IMG/VR virus record: IMGVR_UViG_3300011102_000170
Coordinates: 1 to 43,333 of that record
DNA from: a virus
Lineage: Duplodnaviria > Caudoviricetes
Strand: one strand, 5' to 3'
DNA length: 43,333 bases
The first letter of the stretch is position 1, and each line of letters opens with the position of its first letter. Shown piece after piece: positions 1 through 8,717 of the stretch. The notes under the pieces are model-generated. The model ran no database searches. It worked only from the letters and a program-made list of their open reading frames with translations, and was not told the origin of the DNA. The position numbers and the translations under genes are program-made.

Positions 1-123
1 GCCTCCTGGCCTCCGCCGACGTGATCCCGGTGGCCGACGCCGCCGCCTGCATGGACCGCTTCTGCATGGACGCCGCTGACACGATCCTCGCGCACGAGGG
101 GATGCAGCCATGAGCACGATGCC
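1..123. repeat. Terminal direct repeat (circular assembly overlap), copy 1
   Basis: Identical to 43211-43333; cuts through coding sequence. Confidence 0.95.
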
Positions 124-361
124 CCTCCGTGCCCAGTTACGCGCGATCCGTCGAGCGGTTGCGTTCGCGCAATCAGGGAAGGCTGGGTCTCCCGAACATC
201 GGCGCGAAGAGGAATTAGTAAGCAACGCCGTGTATCGCGCGTTCAGGCAGCCGCTTATTGGTGAGTACACAACGCCAGAGACCGATCAGGTGCGGCTCCG
301 TCTCATCGGGATCGTTAAGCGGATATCTGGCGACGACTGGACGAAAGGGTCCACCCCATGA
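110..361 (+). CDS. Hypothetical early protein
   Basis: ATGA overlap with the upstream gene across the circular junction; stop overlaps next start. Confidence 0.7.
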   Translation: MSTMPLRAQLRAIRRAVAFAQSGKAGSPEHRREEELVSNAVYRAFRQPLIGEYTTPETDQVRLRLIGIVKRISGDDWTKGSTP

Positions 362-672
362 CCCCCATGCCTCTCAGCGCCCTGCGCGACATGACCGACC
401 CGTACAACCTCTGGCGCCACTGCACCAGAAACCAGCCGTGGGAGGACACCGCCCTGCCGACCGCCATGAGTCGGGACAACTGCCGACCGTCAGCCGATCA
501 CCACTGGAGGCCCACCGTGCGCCACACCGCCGTCACCCACACCCCGATCCGCACCGCTCCCCGCGTACGCCGCGCCCGTACCGTGGGGCTGGGGGAGGTG
601 GTGGTGCTGGTGGTGGCCGGGCTGGCCGTGATCGGTGCCGGCGCGGTGGGCCGGAGGGTGTGGGGGAGGTGA
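358..672 (+). CDS. Hypothetical protein with C-terminal TM helix
   Basis: Coupled ATGA start; VVVLVVAGLAVIGAGAV hydrophobic stretch. Confidence 0.65.
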   Translation: MTPMPLSALRDMTDPYNLWRHCTRNQPWEDTALPTAMSRDNCRPSADHHWRPTVRHTAVTHTPIRTAPRVRRARTVGLGEVVVLVVAGLAVIGAGAVGRRVWGR

Positions 673-881
673 GCGCCGTGTACGAGCTCTGGACACTCGA
701 CCCAATGACCGGCAAGCAGGATCGCAAGATCGCGCACAACATCGACCTCTACCAGACGGCGGAGGAACGTGCCGAGGCCGAGGCCAGGGACCGCGAACGA
801 AGTGTCCTCATCCTCCGAGACAACGATTTCGTCAACATCATCTACCCCGGCGAGGGCTGGCAGTTCGCCGCCCCGGCATAA
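669..881 (+). CDS. Hypothetical protein (70 aa, MSAVYELWTLD...)
   Basis: GTGA overlap; 3' part of ORF 258-881. Confidence 0.7.
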   Translation: MSAVYELWTLDPMTGKQDRKIAHNIDLYQTAEERAEAEARDRERSVLILRDNDFVNIIYPGEGWQFAAPA

Positions 882-898
882 CCCGAAAGGCCCCCTTT

Positions 899-1393
899 GT
901 GATCGCTCGTATCTCCATCACCACCCTCGTCATCACCGCCGCCATGTTCGCCACCTTCGGCAGCACGTCGGCCCGCACGTCCACCAACGAGGCCGCCTAC
1001 ATCGCCCCGGATGGGAGCGTCATCATCGGCGCGATGTGGACCGACCACACGACCACACGGGAGGCGCAGTACGTCGCCAGCCAGCTGGACGGGCCGTTCT
1101 TCGCGGACACGCTCGACATGTGGATCATCTACGAGGACCACGACGCCGCGTATTCGATGTACGGGCTGACGGACGGCACGTTCATGGCCGCGGCGGTGGT
1201 GACGCAGGTCGGCACCAGAACCTCCGTCACGCTCGTGATTGCCGAGGATGAAGCCGCCTTCGCGCGGATCGATCCCGACGACCTGGCCGCCTTCTCGTTC
1301 AGCGCGGCGATGGGCCGGACACCCGCGCCGATTCCCGGATTCCTGCCGTACGACACCGACGACAGCGGCTTCCCGCTCGGGTCCGCCGCCTAG
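899..1393 (+). CDS. Putative secreted protein
   Basis: GAAAGG SD then GTG; signal-peptide-like N-terminus (ARISITTLVITAAMFATFGSTSA). Confidence 0.7.
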   Translation: MIARISITTLVITAAMFATFGSTSARTSTNEAAYIAPDGSVIIGAMWTDHTTTREAQYVASQLDGPFFADTLDMWIIYEDHDAAYSMYGLTDGTFMAAAVVTQVGTRTSVTLVIAEDEAAFARIDPDDLAAFSFSAAMGRTPAPIPGFLPYDTDDSGFPLGSAA

Positions 1394-1413
1394 CACCGAA
1401 AGGACACCACCTC

Positions 1414-1629
1414 ATGCCCATCACGGCTCGCATCCTCTTTTCCCTCATGGCCGTCGCCTTCGTCGTCTGGGCCGTCCTGATGATCGCCGCCACGGCGTCC
1501 GCCCAGGACATCACCACGTGGGCCACGCCGGTGCCGGTGACGCCCGACGTGCCGGCGCAGGTCATCGAGGCACTTGTCCGGGCGTTGGTTGCCGTGCTGA
1601 GAACCATCATCGCCAGCCTGCTGGGCTAG
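1414..1629 (+). CDS. Small secreted/membrane protein
   Basis: AAAGGA SD; signal peptide ending ASA-QD; amphipathic C-terminal helix. Confidence 0.7.
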   Translation: MPITARILFSLMAVAFVVWAVLMIAATASAQDITTWATPVPVTPDVPAQVIEALVRALVAVLRTIIASLLG

Positions 1630-1757
1630 GACGGAAAGGAACCGCCCATCAACGCACGTTCACCGCCCGCGGCGCTGACCGCGGGACTGCTACCGGAAGA
1701 ACACCAGGCAATCAGTCGATCACCAATCAACCATCATCAGCAAAGGACACATCACCA

Positions 1758-2279
1758 ATGACCACGCTCACCTTCAAGAAGATCGAAACCGCCGATGTCG
1801 AGTGCCCGCCAGAGGACGTCTACGTACTCGAGCTCATCGAGATCGGCGATTTCCACGACAAGCCCGCGTTCAAGGCGTCGCCCAGCGACCCGGACATCAT
1901 CAACACGCAGTCGCGCTTCGACTTCCAGATTGTCGACTTCGACTACGACGAGGACGAGGACGATCGGGATTGGAATGGCGCCCGCGTCTCCGACTACTAC
2001 GTGTTCTTCAAGCAGTACCCGGACGGCAAGAAGACCGACACCTGGCTCAACGAGCGCTCCAACGCCTTCGCCATCCTAACGGCGCTCATGGGCCACACGC
2101 CAGAGGACGGCGAGGACATCGACCTCGAGTCCCTGATCGGCAAGCGGATCAAAGCGACGGTCACGCCGAAGGCGAGCGGCTGGCCCAAGATCACCAAGCC
2201 GCTGCCGTTCAAGAAGCGCCGCAAGAAGGTGGAGCCGGCGCCTGTCGCGGACGATGACGACGCCTTCGATGACGAGTAG
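1758..2279 (+). CDS. Putative phage single-stranded DNA-binding protein (DUF669-like OB fold)
   Basis: AAAGGA SD; 'DLESLIGKRIKATV' pattern; acidic aromatic tail DDDDAFDDE; lies upstream of the replication gene. Confidence 0.6.
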   Translation: MTTLTFKKIETADVECPPEDVYVLELIEIGDFHDKPAFKASPSDPDIINTQSRFDFQIVDFDYDEDEDDRDWNGARVSDYYVFFKQYPDGKKTDTWLNERSNAFAILTALMGHTPEDGEDIDLESLIGKRIKATVTPKASGWPKITKPLPFKKRRKKVEPAPVADDDDAFDDE

Positions 2280-2313
2280 CAGCAGCAGCATCTAGCCGCT
2301 CGCGGCTTCATCC

Positions 2314-2351
2314 GAGGGGAGCAGACAGAGAGGCACGCTGCTGCTCCCCTC
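2314..2351 (+). terminator. Stem-loop after the SSB-like gene
   Basis: GAGGGGAGCAG...CTGCTCCCCTC, perfect 11-bp stem; no U tract. Confidence 0.45.
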
Positions 2352-2419
2352 CACTGAGGCCGGGACCGCGAATCACACAAGGGATATTGCCTCATGGTGT
2401 GTACGTGCAATGCCGATTT

Positions 2420-2428
2420 TGGTATAAT
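2420..2428 (+). promoter_or_regulatory. Extended -10 promoter for the replication gene
   Basis: TGG-TATAAT in an AT-rich intergenic region. Confidence 0.65.
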
Positions 2429-2519
2429 GAGAAGACAACACAAAACGAGAGCCGGCGGCGCCTGCTACAACGCCATCCGACTCTCTGACCGACCCCTTGG
2501 TCCTAGCAAGGAGCGGCTG

Positions 2520-2600
2520 ATGGATACTATTGTATTCCATTCCCCCCATTGTCAATATTCACCGTCCACAATTGAGCGAACGTGCCGAGGTGCAGCATGA
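2520..2600 (+). CDS. Putative 26-aa leader peptide coupled to the primase gene
   Basis: AAGGAG SD, ATG at 2520; TGA overlaps the primase ATG (ATGA). Confidence 0.5.
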   Translation: MDTIVFHSPHCQYSPSTIERTCRGAA

Positions 2601-4948
2601 GCACGAGTAGTGCTGTCACCATCGGCGAGGCGTTCGATGCACTCGGGTATGCGCTCAAGGACAGCGAGACCGTCTGCATCGTCACGATCACGGGATCCCG
2701 TGTCACCAGCGCTCCACTTGAGAGCGTGGCCGATACTCCGATTCCAGCGAACACGTACTTCTCGACCGGCACGTTCCGCAAGGGCACGACGTTCACCGCG
2801 AAGGGTGACCGCGCGGGCAAGAACGTCCGCCGTATCCTCGAGCTGCCGTTCGACTTCGACCTCAAGGACTTTCTGAACACCAGCAAGGAAGACCTCTACG
2901 ATCTGTCGGACGATGAGCTCCAGGTGTACATCCGGCCGATGCAGGACGCGATCGAGGACGTGTTCGCCAAGATCGGCCTCCCTATTCATCGGCTCGACTA
3001 CACCGGCTACGGCATGTCGGCGCACGTCGACCTTCCGGTTCACGGCGCCGACCACGTGAAGACGCTTCGTGAGTACCATGCTGGGATTGTCCGGAAGATC
3101 AACAGTATCTTCGGCGCGACCTTCGCGGATCCGCAGGTGAGCGATGCGGGCTCCCGGATCATGAGGTTGGTCCCATGTGAGAACGTCGGGACGTACAGCG
3201 ACTTTCGGCCCGCTTCACCTCGCCAATCCCAGACCCTCTATCGGCGTGACGGCTACGTGAACGAGACGATGCTTGAGTCCGCCGCCGGGGCAATTGCATG
3301 GAAGGGCCAGCCCGTTGACGTCCCTGCGAGTGGCGAGCTGCTCAGTCAGGCCGATGCTCAAGAGATCATCGACGCCTATGCGCCGTATCACCAGCTCGGG
3401 CAGAAGCACTTCATGGCTCTCGGGATCGCGGGACAGTTGGGCAAGGCCGGCGTTCCTGAATCCCAGGCGCTCAAGATCGTCGAGGCGATCTCCGTTGATG
3501 ATCAGAAGCCGTGGGATCGACGCAAGGCCGTCGAGGACACGTACGAGAAGATCCGGCAGGGTGTCGAGGTCTCCGGCTTCTATCGCCTCAAGTCGATCGT
3601 CCCTGACGATGTGATTGCACGCGTGGACGAGACGTTGGATAAGGCCCGCGCCGCTCGTGGGCCACGCCTTACGTTCATCCGGGATCGACAGCACGATGCC
3701 GAGGCGCCGGTGAGGCTATTCGATCCGCCGCTCCCTCCACGAGAAGCGTTCTACGGGTGGCACGGTCGTTATCTCGACCTGGTGTATCCAACCACCGCGG
3801 CCTCACCGGCCTTTCACCTTGCAGCGTCCACCACGCTGCAAGCCGCCATGATCGGCCGCCGCATCTGCACGATCTACGCAGGGAGTCGCGTTTTTCCGTG
3901 TCAGTACGCCCTTGTCGTCGGCCCCACCGGGTCATCGTTCAAGGACACCGCCTACTACCGCACGCGCGACATGATCGAGTACGCGCAGAACAAGGCCGGT
4001 CATGACCAGACGCTTCTCAATACCCCGTTCAGCATCGTCAACGACGTTGCCTCTCGCGAGGGGTTGATCCGATCACTTTCCCGCCACAACAACATGTACC
4101 TGTTCGCGACCGAGATGACGTCGATCCTCAAGAATGCCTCGCGGGAGGCGACGTCGACCCTCCTGGATGCCCTCATCAACATCTGGGACTCTCCCTCGAT
4201 GATCCAGAACAACAGCATCGCGGCCGCGCAGGACGGAACCAACATCGCCTATGAGCCCACCCTGAACATCTACGGCGGCATCCAGCCGCTCCGGATGGCC
4301 GAGCAGATGACCGAGACGATGATGACGTCTGGACTCGGCAACAGGCTCGCAATCTTCATGGGGAATGGGCGCGGCAGGCTCCCTATCACCCCACGCATGG
4401 ACCAGGACGGTGCGGCTGCCCTCTACCACGAGCTCAAGCGCAAGATCCAGGACTATCCCGATCGGTTCGAGTTGGAGATGTCCGATCGCGCGAAGCCTCG
4501 CTGGATCGACTGGTTCATGGCCGTCCCGGAGGAAACCGAAGAAGTCGCGAACGACATGAAAGTTCGCTACCCGGTGATGATCCAGAAATGGGCGCTGATG
4601 TTCGCCGTGAGCGATGGTGCTCGGGTCGTTGATCTCGAGCATATCGATGCTGCGATCTCGCTCGGTGACTGGATGTGGGAGTGCGTGAAGCAGTCCATCT
4701 CGTCATGGGGGACCAGCACGGAGCGCAAGATCGAAGAACGCATCATGACCGTGCTGCGTCAGCGGCAGCCGATCTCCAAGCGTGTCCTCACGCAGTACGT
4801 GCGAGGCAAGTGGACCTCGCGTGAGGTCGCTCAGGTGCTCCGGTCCCTCGAGGAACTCCATCAAATCACGTACTCCACGGACAAGAAGGTCATCTGCACA
4901 ACCGAGTTTGCCGAGCGACAACAAGAGGGGGGGAGGAACGTGTCATGA
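2597..4948 (+). CDS. Replication protein: primase-like N-terminus + DUF3987/YfjI-type P-loop helicase + winged-helix C-terminus
   Basis: FDFD, TGYG-x-H and D...RIMRL primase-like motifs; 'ALVVGPTGSSFKDT', 'SREGLI' and 'LNIYGGIQP...GLGNR' as in DUF3987 proteins. Confidence 0.75.
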   Translation: MSTSSAVTIGEAFDALGYALKDSETVCIVTITGSRVTSAPLESVADTPIPANTYFSTGTFRKGTTFTAKGDRAGKNVRRILELPFDFDLKDFLNTSKEDLYDLSDDELQVYIRPMQDAIEDVFAKIGLPIHRLDYTGYGMSAHVDLPVHGADHVKTLREYHAGIVRKINSIFGATFADPQVSDAGSRIMRLVPCENVGTYSDFRPASPRQSQTLYRRDGYVNETMLESAAGAIAWKGQPVDVPASGELLSQADAQEIIDAYAPYHQLGQKHFMALGIAGQLGKAGVPESQALKIVEAISVDDQKPWDRRKAVEDTYEKIRQGVEVSGFYRLKSIVPDDVIARVDETLDKARAARGPRLTFIRDRQHDAEAPVRLFDPPLPPREAFYGWHGRYLDLVYPTTAASPAFHLAASTTLQAAMIGRRICTIYAGSRVFPCQYALVVGPTGSSFKDTAYYRTRDMIEYAQNKAGHDQTLLNTPFSIVNDVASREGLIRSLSRHNNMYLFATEMTSILKNASREATSTLLDALINIWDSPSMIQNNSIAAAQDGTNIAYEPTLNIYGGIQPLRMAEQMTETMMTSGLGNRLAIFMGNGRGRLPITPRMDQDGAAALYHELKRKIQDYPDRFELEMSDRAKPRWIDWFMAVPEETEEVANDMKVRYPVMIQKWALMFAVSDGARVVDLEHIDAAISLGDWMWECVKQSISSWGTSTERKIEERIMTVLRQRQPISKRVLTQYVRGKWTSREVAQVLRSLEELHQITYSTDKKVICTTEFAERQQEGGRNVS

Positions 4949-4990
4949 GACAACAGACCTTCTCCCTCTCCGTCACCCTCTCCGCTGCTC

Positions 4991-5255
4991 GAAGTGTTGA
5001 AGGTGTTGAAAGCGTTGAAAAACGAGTTTCAACACCTTGGAGCGGTCGTTTTGCCCGAAACGACGGGGAATTTTTCTCGGTGTCGGCCGAGTGTAGAAAT
5101 GTTGAAACATTTTCTGCCCCCCTCGCTTGGACCAATCCGTCTTCAACATTTCAACATCACGAGATCATCACGCCAAAACCCCCGTAGTTTCGGGCAAAAC
5201 CATGACGTCCGGGTGTTGAAAACCCCGTTTCAACACGTTTCAACATTTCAACAAT
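4991..5255. repeat. Probable replication origin: GTTGAA/TTCAAC iterons within a large imperfect inverted repeat
   Basis: 11 hexamer copies; GTTTTGCCCGAAAC/GTTTCGGGCAAAAC 14-bp inverted pair; AT-rich; directly after the replication gene. Confidence 0.75.
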
Positions 5256-5319
5256 CCAGATGAAGAAGTCCTAAAACCCTAGGGCTCAAGCTCGCCCTAT
5301 ACCCGAATCGAGGCGCACG

Positions 5320-5751
5320 ATGCCAAACCTCAGACTTCCGATACCTGATCTCTCCGACGATGACGCAAAACATAAGCGGGAGAAGCGAGGGGCACGGCGC
5401 TCGGCTCGACGGAAGGAGGATCTTGCATCTGCCCCAATACCTGCCCACAGCTGTTCGACGTGTGCGAAGTGGCGGGACGCTGATGGCCAGTGGGGCGAGT
5501 GCGATGCCGCCGTTGTCGTGGCGACGCACGTATCAGCGGAGAAGTACCCACCGAACGGACTTGACGCAGGTGTGGTTGTCGGTCGCGCCGATGACGCCTG
5601 GTGGTACGCAATGGCGTTCGGCAAGGCGACCAGGCTTAGAACCCACCGGACATTTGTGGCGTGTTTTCAATACGAGCCAAAAGGGGCCGATAGCCCGGTG
5701 GAATCCCGGCCACGAATCACGCTGCTGGAGCGTGTCCGGACAACCAGGTAA
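5320..5751 (+). CDS. Hypothetical Cys-containing protein
   Basis: GAGG SD; CxxC...GEC...C pattern. Confidence 0.6.
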   Translation: MPNLRLPIPDLSDDDAKHKREKRGARRSARRKEDLASAPIPAHSCSTCAKWRDADGQWGECDAAVVVATHVSAEKYPPNGLDAGVVVGRADDAWWYAMAFGKATRLRTHRTFVACFQYEPKGADSPVESRPRITLLERVRTTR

Positions 5752-5777
5752 ACAACGTGAGCGGAGATCAAACCATC

Positions 5778-6128
5778 ATGAACTCAAACACTCAAACCCT
5801 CATCGACAAGTTCCTGAAGAGTGCCCGCAACGCCTACAACGCGAAGAACCGCGCCCAACGAGAGGCGGCGCAGACCTTTCTCATCAAGCGAGCAGATGAG
5901 CTGCGGGAGCGGCGGGACGCGCTGTACCAGAAGCTCGAGCGCCGCTGGGACGCGCTTGACGCTGATCCGGACATGCCGAACTACGAAGCGCGTGAGACGC
6001 GCACGATCGACATGCTCCACGAGTACGAGGCGATCTGCGATGCGTTGTCTCGTGGCCTTGTGCTCTGGCTTCACGAGGAAAGTGAAGAGCACCAGCGCCT
6101 TGCCGCTGTGGAAAGGCTGGTCGCGTGA
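5778..6128 (+). CDS. Hypothetical helical protein
   Basis: GGAG SD; overlaps next gene. Confidence 0.7.
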   Translation: MNSNTQTLIDKFLKSARNAYNAKNRAQREAAQTFLIKRADELRERRDALYQKLERRWDALDADPDMPNYEARETRTIDMLHEYEAICDALSRGLVLWLHEESEEHQRLAAVERLVA

Positions 6129-7075
6129 TGATGGCGAGCACACCGATCGCCATTGGCGGCGAGACGTTCCCGACCAAGCAGGCGCTCAAGCAGTTCCTGT
6201 CAGAGAGCCTCAAGAACACCAGCCTGGGGGCACGGGTGAGCCGGCGAGCGGCCAGCGTGCTCCGGGAGCTCATCGAGTTCCACCCGGACGCGGAGCGGAA
6301 GATCGGAGACGGCATCGTCGGGATCACCGTGAGGACGCTGTACGTGGGGCCCGGCAAGGGCATGGGGAGGTCGTTCTTCATCGAGCGCCTCGATGGAACC
6401 AGAGTCGACTTCAGCTTCCACAAGTGCCTGAGCGAGATCAGTGGGACCGGCTTCCGGGAGCGGGAGGTAAAGAACAAGCTCCGGGCGATGGTGGCGGCGG
6501 ACATCGCGGCGTACCGGAGTGAGTTGCCTGACGTCACTGAATGTGCGCTCACCGGACGCTCCATCCGCCGGGACGTCGCGCATATCGACCACGCGTACCC
6601 GTGGACCTTCTCCAAGATGATCGAGCGGTTCCTGGTGCAAGAGCGGCTGACGTGGACCACGTTCCCGATCGGGCCCTCGGGAGATGCGTGGATCGGTCGC
6701 ATCGTGACTGATGCCGGCGTTGCTCACCGATGGCGTGAGACGCATCGCTTCCGCAGTCACCTGCGACCCGTTGACCCTGACGTCAATAGCAAGGTGGGCG
6801 AGCGGGATCCTGCCACCGTGGAGATCGTCCGGGGGCCATTCAACGACTGGGTGGAGGACAACAGGCGAACGTGCCGCGGCAAAAGCGTCGCCGACAAAGA
6901 ACGTCAGCGCGAATTCATGCTGCCGCGCATCACCGAGGTGTTCTGGGCCCATCAGAAGTTTCTCCGATCCATCACCCATCAGCACGAGATGCTCGCTGAG
7001 AGGCTCACTGGTGATCTGGAAGACGAGTGGTTCGAAGCACTGCTCACCTTCCTGCAAGACGAGAAGGCGGCGTAA
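6125..7075 (+). CDS. DCL/DUF3223-domain protein with HNH-like C-terminal part
   Basis: 'HPDAERKIGDGI...FFIERLDGTRVDFSFHKCL' DCL signature; 'CALTG...HIDH...N' His-Me-like motif. Confidence 0.7.
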   Translation: MMMASTPIAIGGETFPTKQALKQFLSESLKNTSLGARVSRRAASVLRELIEFHPDAERKIGDGIVGITVRTLYVGPGKGMGRSFFIERLDGTRVDFSFHKCLSEISGTGFREREVKNKLRAMVAADIAAYRSELPDVTECALTGRSIRRDVAHIDHAYPWTFSKMIERFLVQERLTWTTFPIGPSGDAWIGRIVTDAGVAHRWRETHRFRSHLRPVDPDVNSKVGERDPATVEIVRGPFNDWVEDNRRTCRGKSVADKERQREFMLPRITEVFWAHQKFLRSITHQHEMLAERLTGDLEDEWFEALLTFLQDEKAA

Positions 7076-7080
7076 CTCCC

Positions 7081-7638
7081 ATGGGTCTGCTGCTGAACGG
7101 CAAGAGCGTCGAGGCGCAATCCAAGCCCATCCCCGCGAAACCAGACGCCGCGGCGACGGAGCGTATCGCCATCTTCATGCGATTGGTGGCACTCAACCTC
7201 GAGGCTCGACGTGAGCTTGCGGAGGCCGTGAGACGTCTCCGCAAGCTCGAGGGGGATTTGGCGAATCCAGAGCTTCGGGACCACCCGCGGCGACCCGAGG
7301 CGACGCGGCGTCTTCCGAAGCGAGAAGCCGAAGAGCGGGACGCTGTGATCAAGCTCGCGGAGGCCAATACGCAGCTTGCTCGATGCTGGGAGACGATTCC
7401 GCCCGCGGATAAGAACAAGTTCGCCCTCACGACTGTTATCGGGGCGGATCCGGAGGCCAGCATCGACATGGTGCTATGGACCGACGACCGAGGCCTGGCG
7501 CTGATTGTCCCGTTCCCGGAGGACTGGAGCGTCCCGCACGACATTGCACACAGAGCCTTTGATCCCGAGGGACCGGCCAGCCGGAAGTCGTTCTACACCA
7601 GACAAGAGCTATTAACCGCGGAATACGCGCCCTTCTAA
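7081..7638 (+). CDS. Hypothetical protein
   Basis: ORF in operon; coiled-coil-like. Confidence 0.6.
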   Translation: MGLLLNGKSVEAQSKPIPAKPDAAATERIAIFMRLVALNLEARRELAEAVRRLRKLEGDLANPELRDHPRRPEATRRLPKREAEERDAVIKLAEANTQLARCWETIPPADKNKFALTTVIGADPEASIDMVLWTDDRGLALIVPFPEDWSVPHDIAHRAFDPEGPASRKSFYTRQELLTAEYAPF

Positions 7639-7729
7639 ACGGGTGCTGCGGGCGCTCCGGAAGATCACCGGACGCCCTGCGGCCTAGGCGACATAGCCCA
7701 AGGGGATACGCCCCCGGAAAGGACCGACG

Positions 7730-8056
7730 ATGACCACGACGCCACACCCTATCCCCGTCACGACCCTCGAGGACCTCGCGCCCTTCCTGGCCCCTGGCGA
7801 CACGATCACCGCGCCGCCGTGTGTGTATCCCCTGCGCGTCCTGCAGCTGCATGAGCATCCGGGCTGGAATGCCACGGTCGTGCGGGCCGCGTGCCGGCTC
7901 CCGGACGGCGTGAACGAGGCGTACCGCGACCTGCTGGTCATCAACGGGACGCTGCTGACGGTCGACGCATTCGCCCGTGGGCCGGTCTACCAGCCGGTCC
8001 GGGTGCATCGGGATAGTCAGGCGAGACAGCTCGCCATGTTTGGAGAGATCGCATGA
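7730..8056 (+). CDS. Hypothetical protein ending QLAMFGEIA
   Basis: GAAAGGA SD; coupled to next gene. Confidence 0.75.
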   Translation: MTTTPHPIPVTTLEDLAPFLAPGDTITAPPCVYPLRVLQLHEHPGWNATVVRAACRLPDGVNEAYRDLLVINGTLLTVDAFARGPVYQPVRVHRDSQARQLAMFGEIA

Positions 8057-8415
8057 GCCGGCACGATCCGCCCACCACGATGGACCCGCGAGCATGGGCG
8101 TTGTGGCATGTCCGGGGGGACGTTGAGCGGGGATACAGCACCGACATGATTGCGGATGGCCACCACGGCAGAAGCATCCCGCCGCGCTTCCACGGATTCA
8201 GTGTCAGGATCTCCACCGGAGATGACATCTGGTACGGCGAGGAATACCACGGAACAGGCGGCATGCTGCGGTGGCCACACCGTCTCCGTGTCCGTCACAC
8301 CGAGATTGGCGTGGTGCTGGATGATCGCGTCGCCGCCACCTTCCGGATCACTGACCTGGCTCGCGAGATTCGCAGCGGGCTTACGCAAATCAGCATGTTT
8401 GGAGAGATCGCATGA
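8053..8415 (+). CDS. Hypothetical protein ending QISMFGEIA
   Basis: ATGA overlaps at both ends. Confidence 0.75.
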   Translation: MSRHDPPTTMDPRAWALWHVRGDVERGYSTDMIADGHHGRSIPPRFHGFSVRISTGDDIWYGEEYHGTGGMLRWPHRLRVRHTEIGVVLDDRVAATFRITDLAREIRSGLTQISMFGEIA

Positions 8416-8717
8416 GCCAGACGAGCAGAACCAGCACCAACGAGCACCTACAGGCGATTCACGCAGAGTGCAGCGGATTCGTGGACGGTGAACCGCCTGA
8501 TCTGGAGGTGATCATCCAGCACGCCGAGGCGCTGGCCGCGCGGGTCGAGCGGCTGCAGGAGGCTTTGCGGGTGGCGGCTGCGCTGGCCGACATGCGGGGT
8601 AAGCAGATTTCTCCCTACTACCCGAGTGTGCTGTGCGGGCAGGGACAGAGCGAATTGGGCCTCCAGCCAGGCGATATGCCTGACCTGCCGAACAACGACG
8701 GGAGCAACGGACGATGA
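8412..8717 (+). CDS. Hypothetical protein
   Basis: ATGA overlaps. Confidence 0.7.
   Translation: MSQTSRTSTNEHLQAIHAECSGFVDGEPPDLEVIIQHAEALAARVERLQEALRVAAALADMRGKQISPYYPSVLCGQGQSELGLQPGDMPDLPNNDGSNGR

Noticed and set aside
1-123. Biological direct terminal repeat
   Set aside because: It falls mid-gene and far from terS; more likely an assembler overlap of a circular contig
2278-2290. (AGC)4 microsatellite
   Set aside because: Too short; expected by chance
4991-5255. CRISPR-like array
   Set aside because: Units are 6-8 bp, in both orientations, with no spacers or cas genes
4945-5263. ORFs 4945-5187 and 4994-5263
   Set aside because: Their translations mirror the iteron repeats; the region is better explained as an origin
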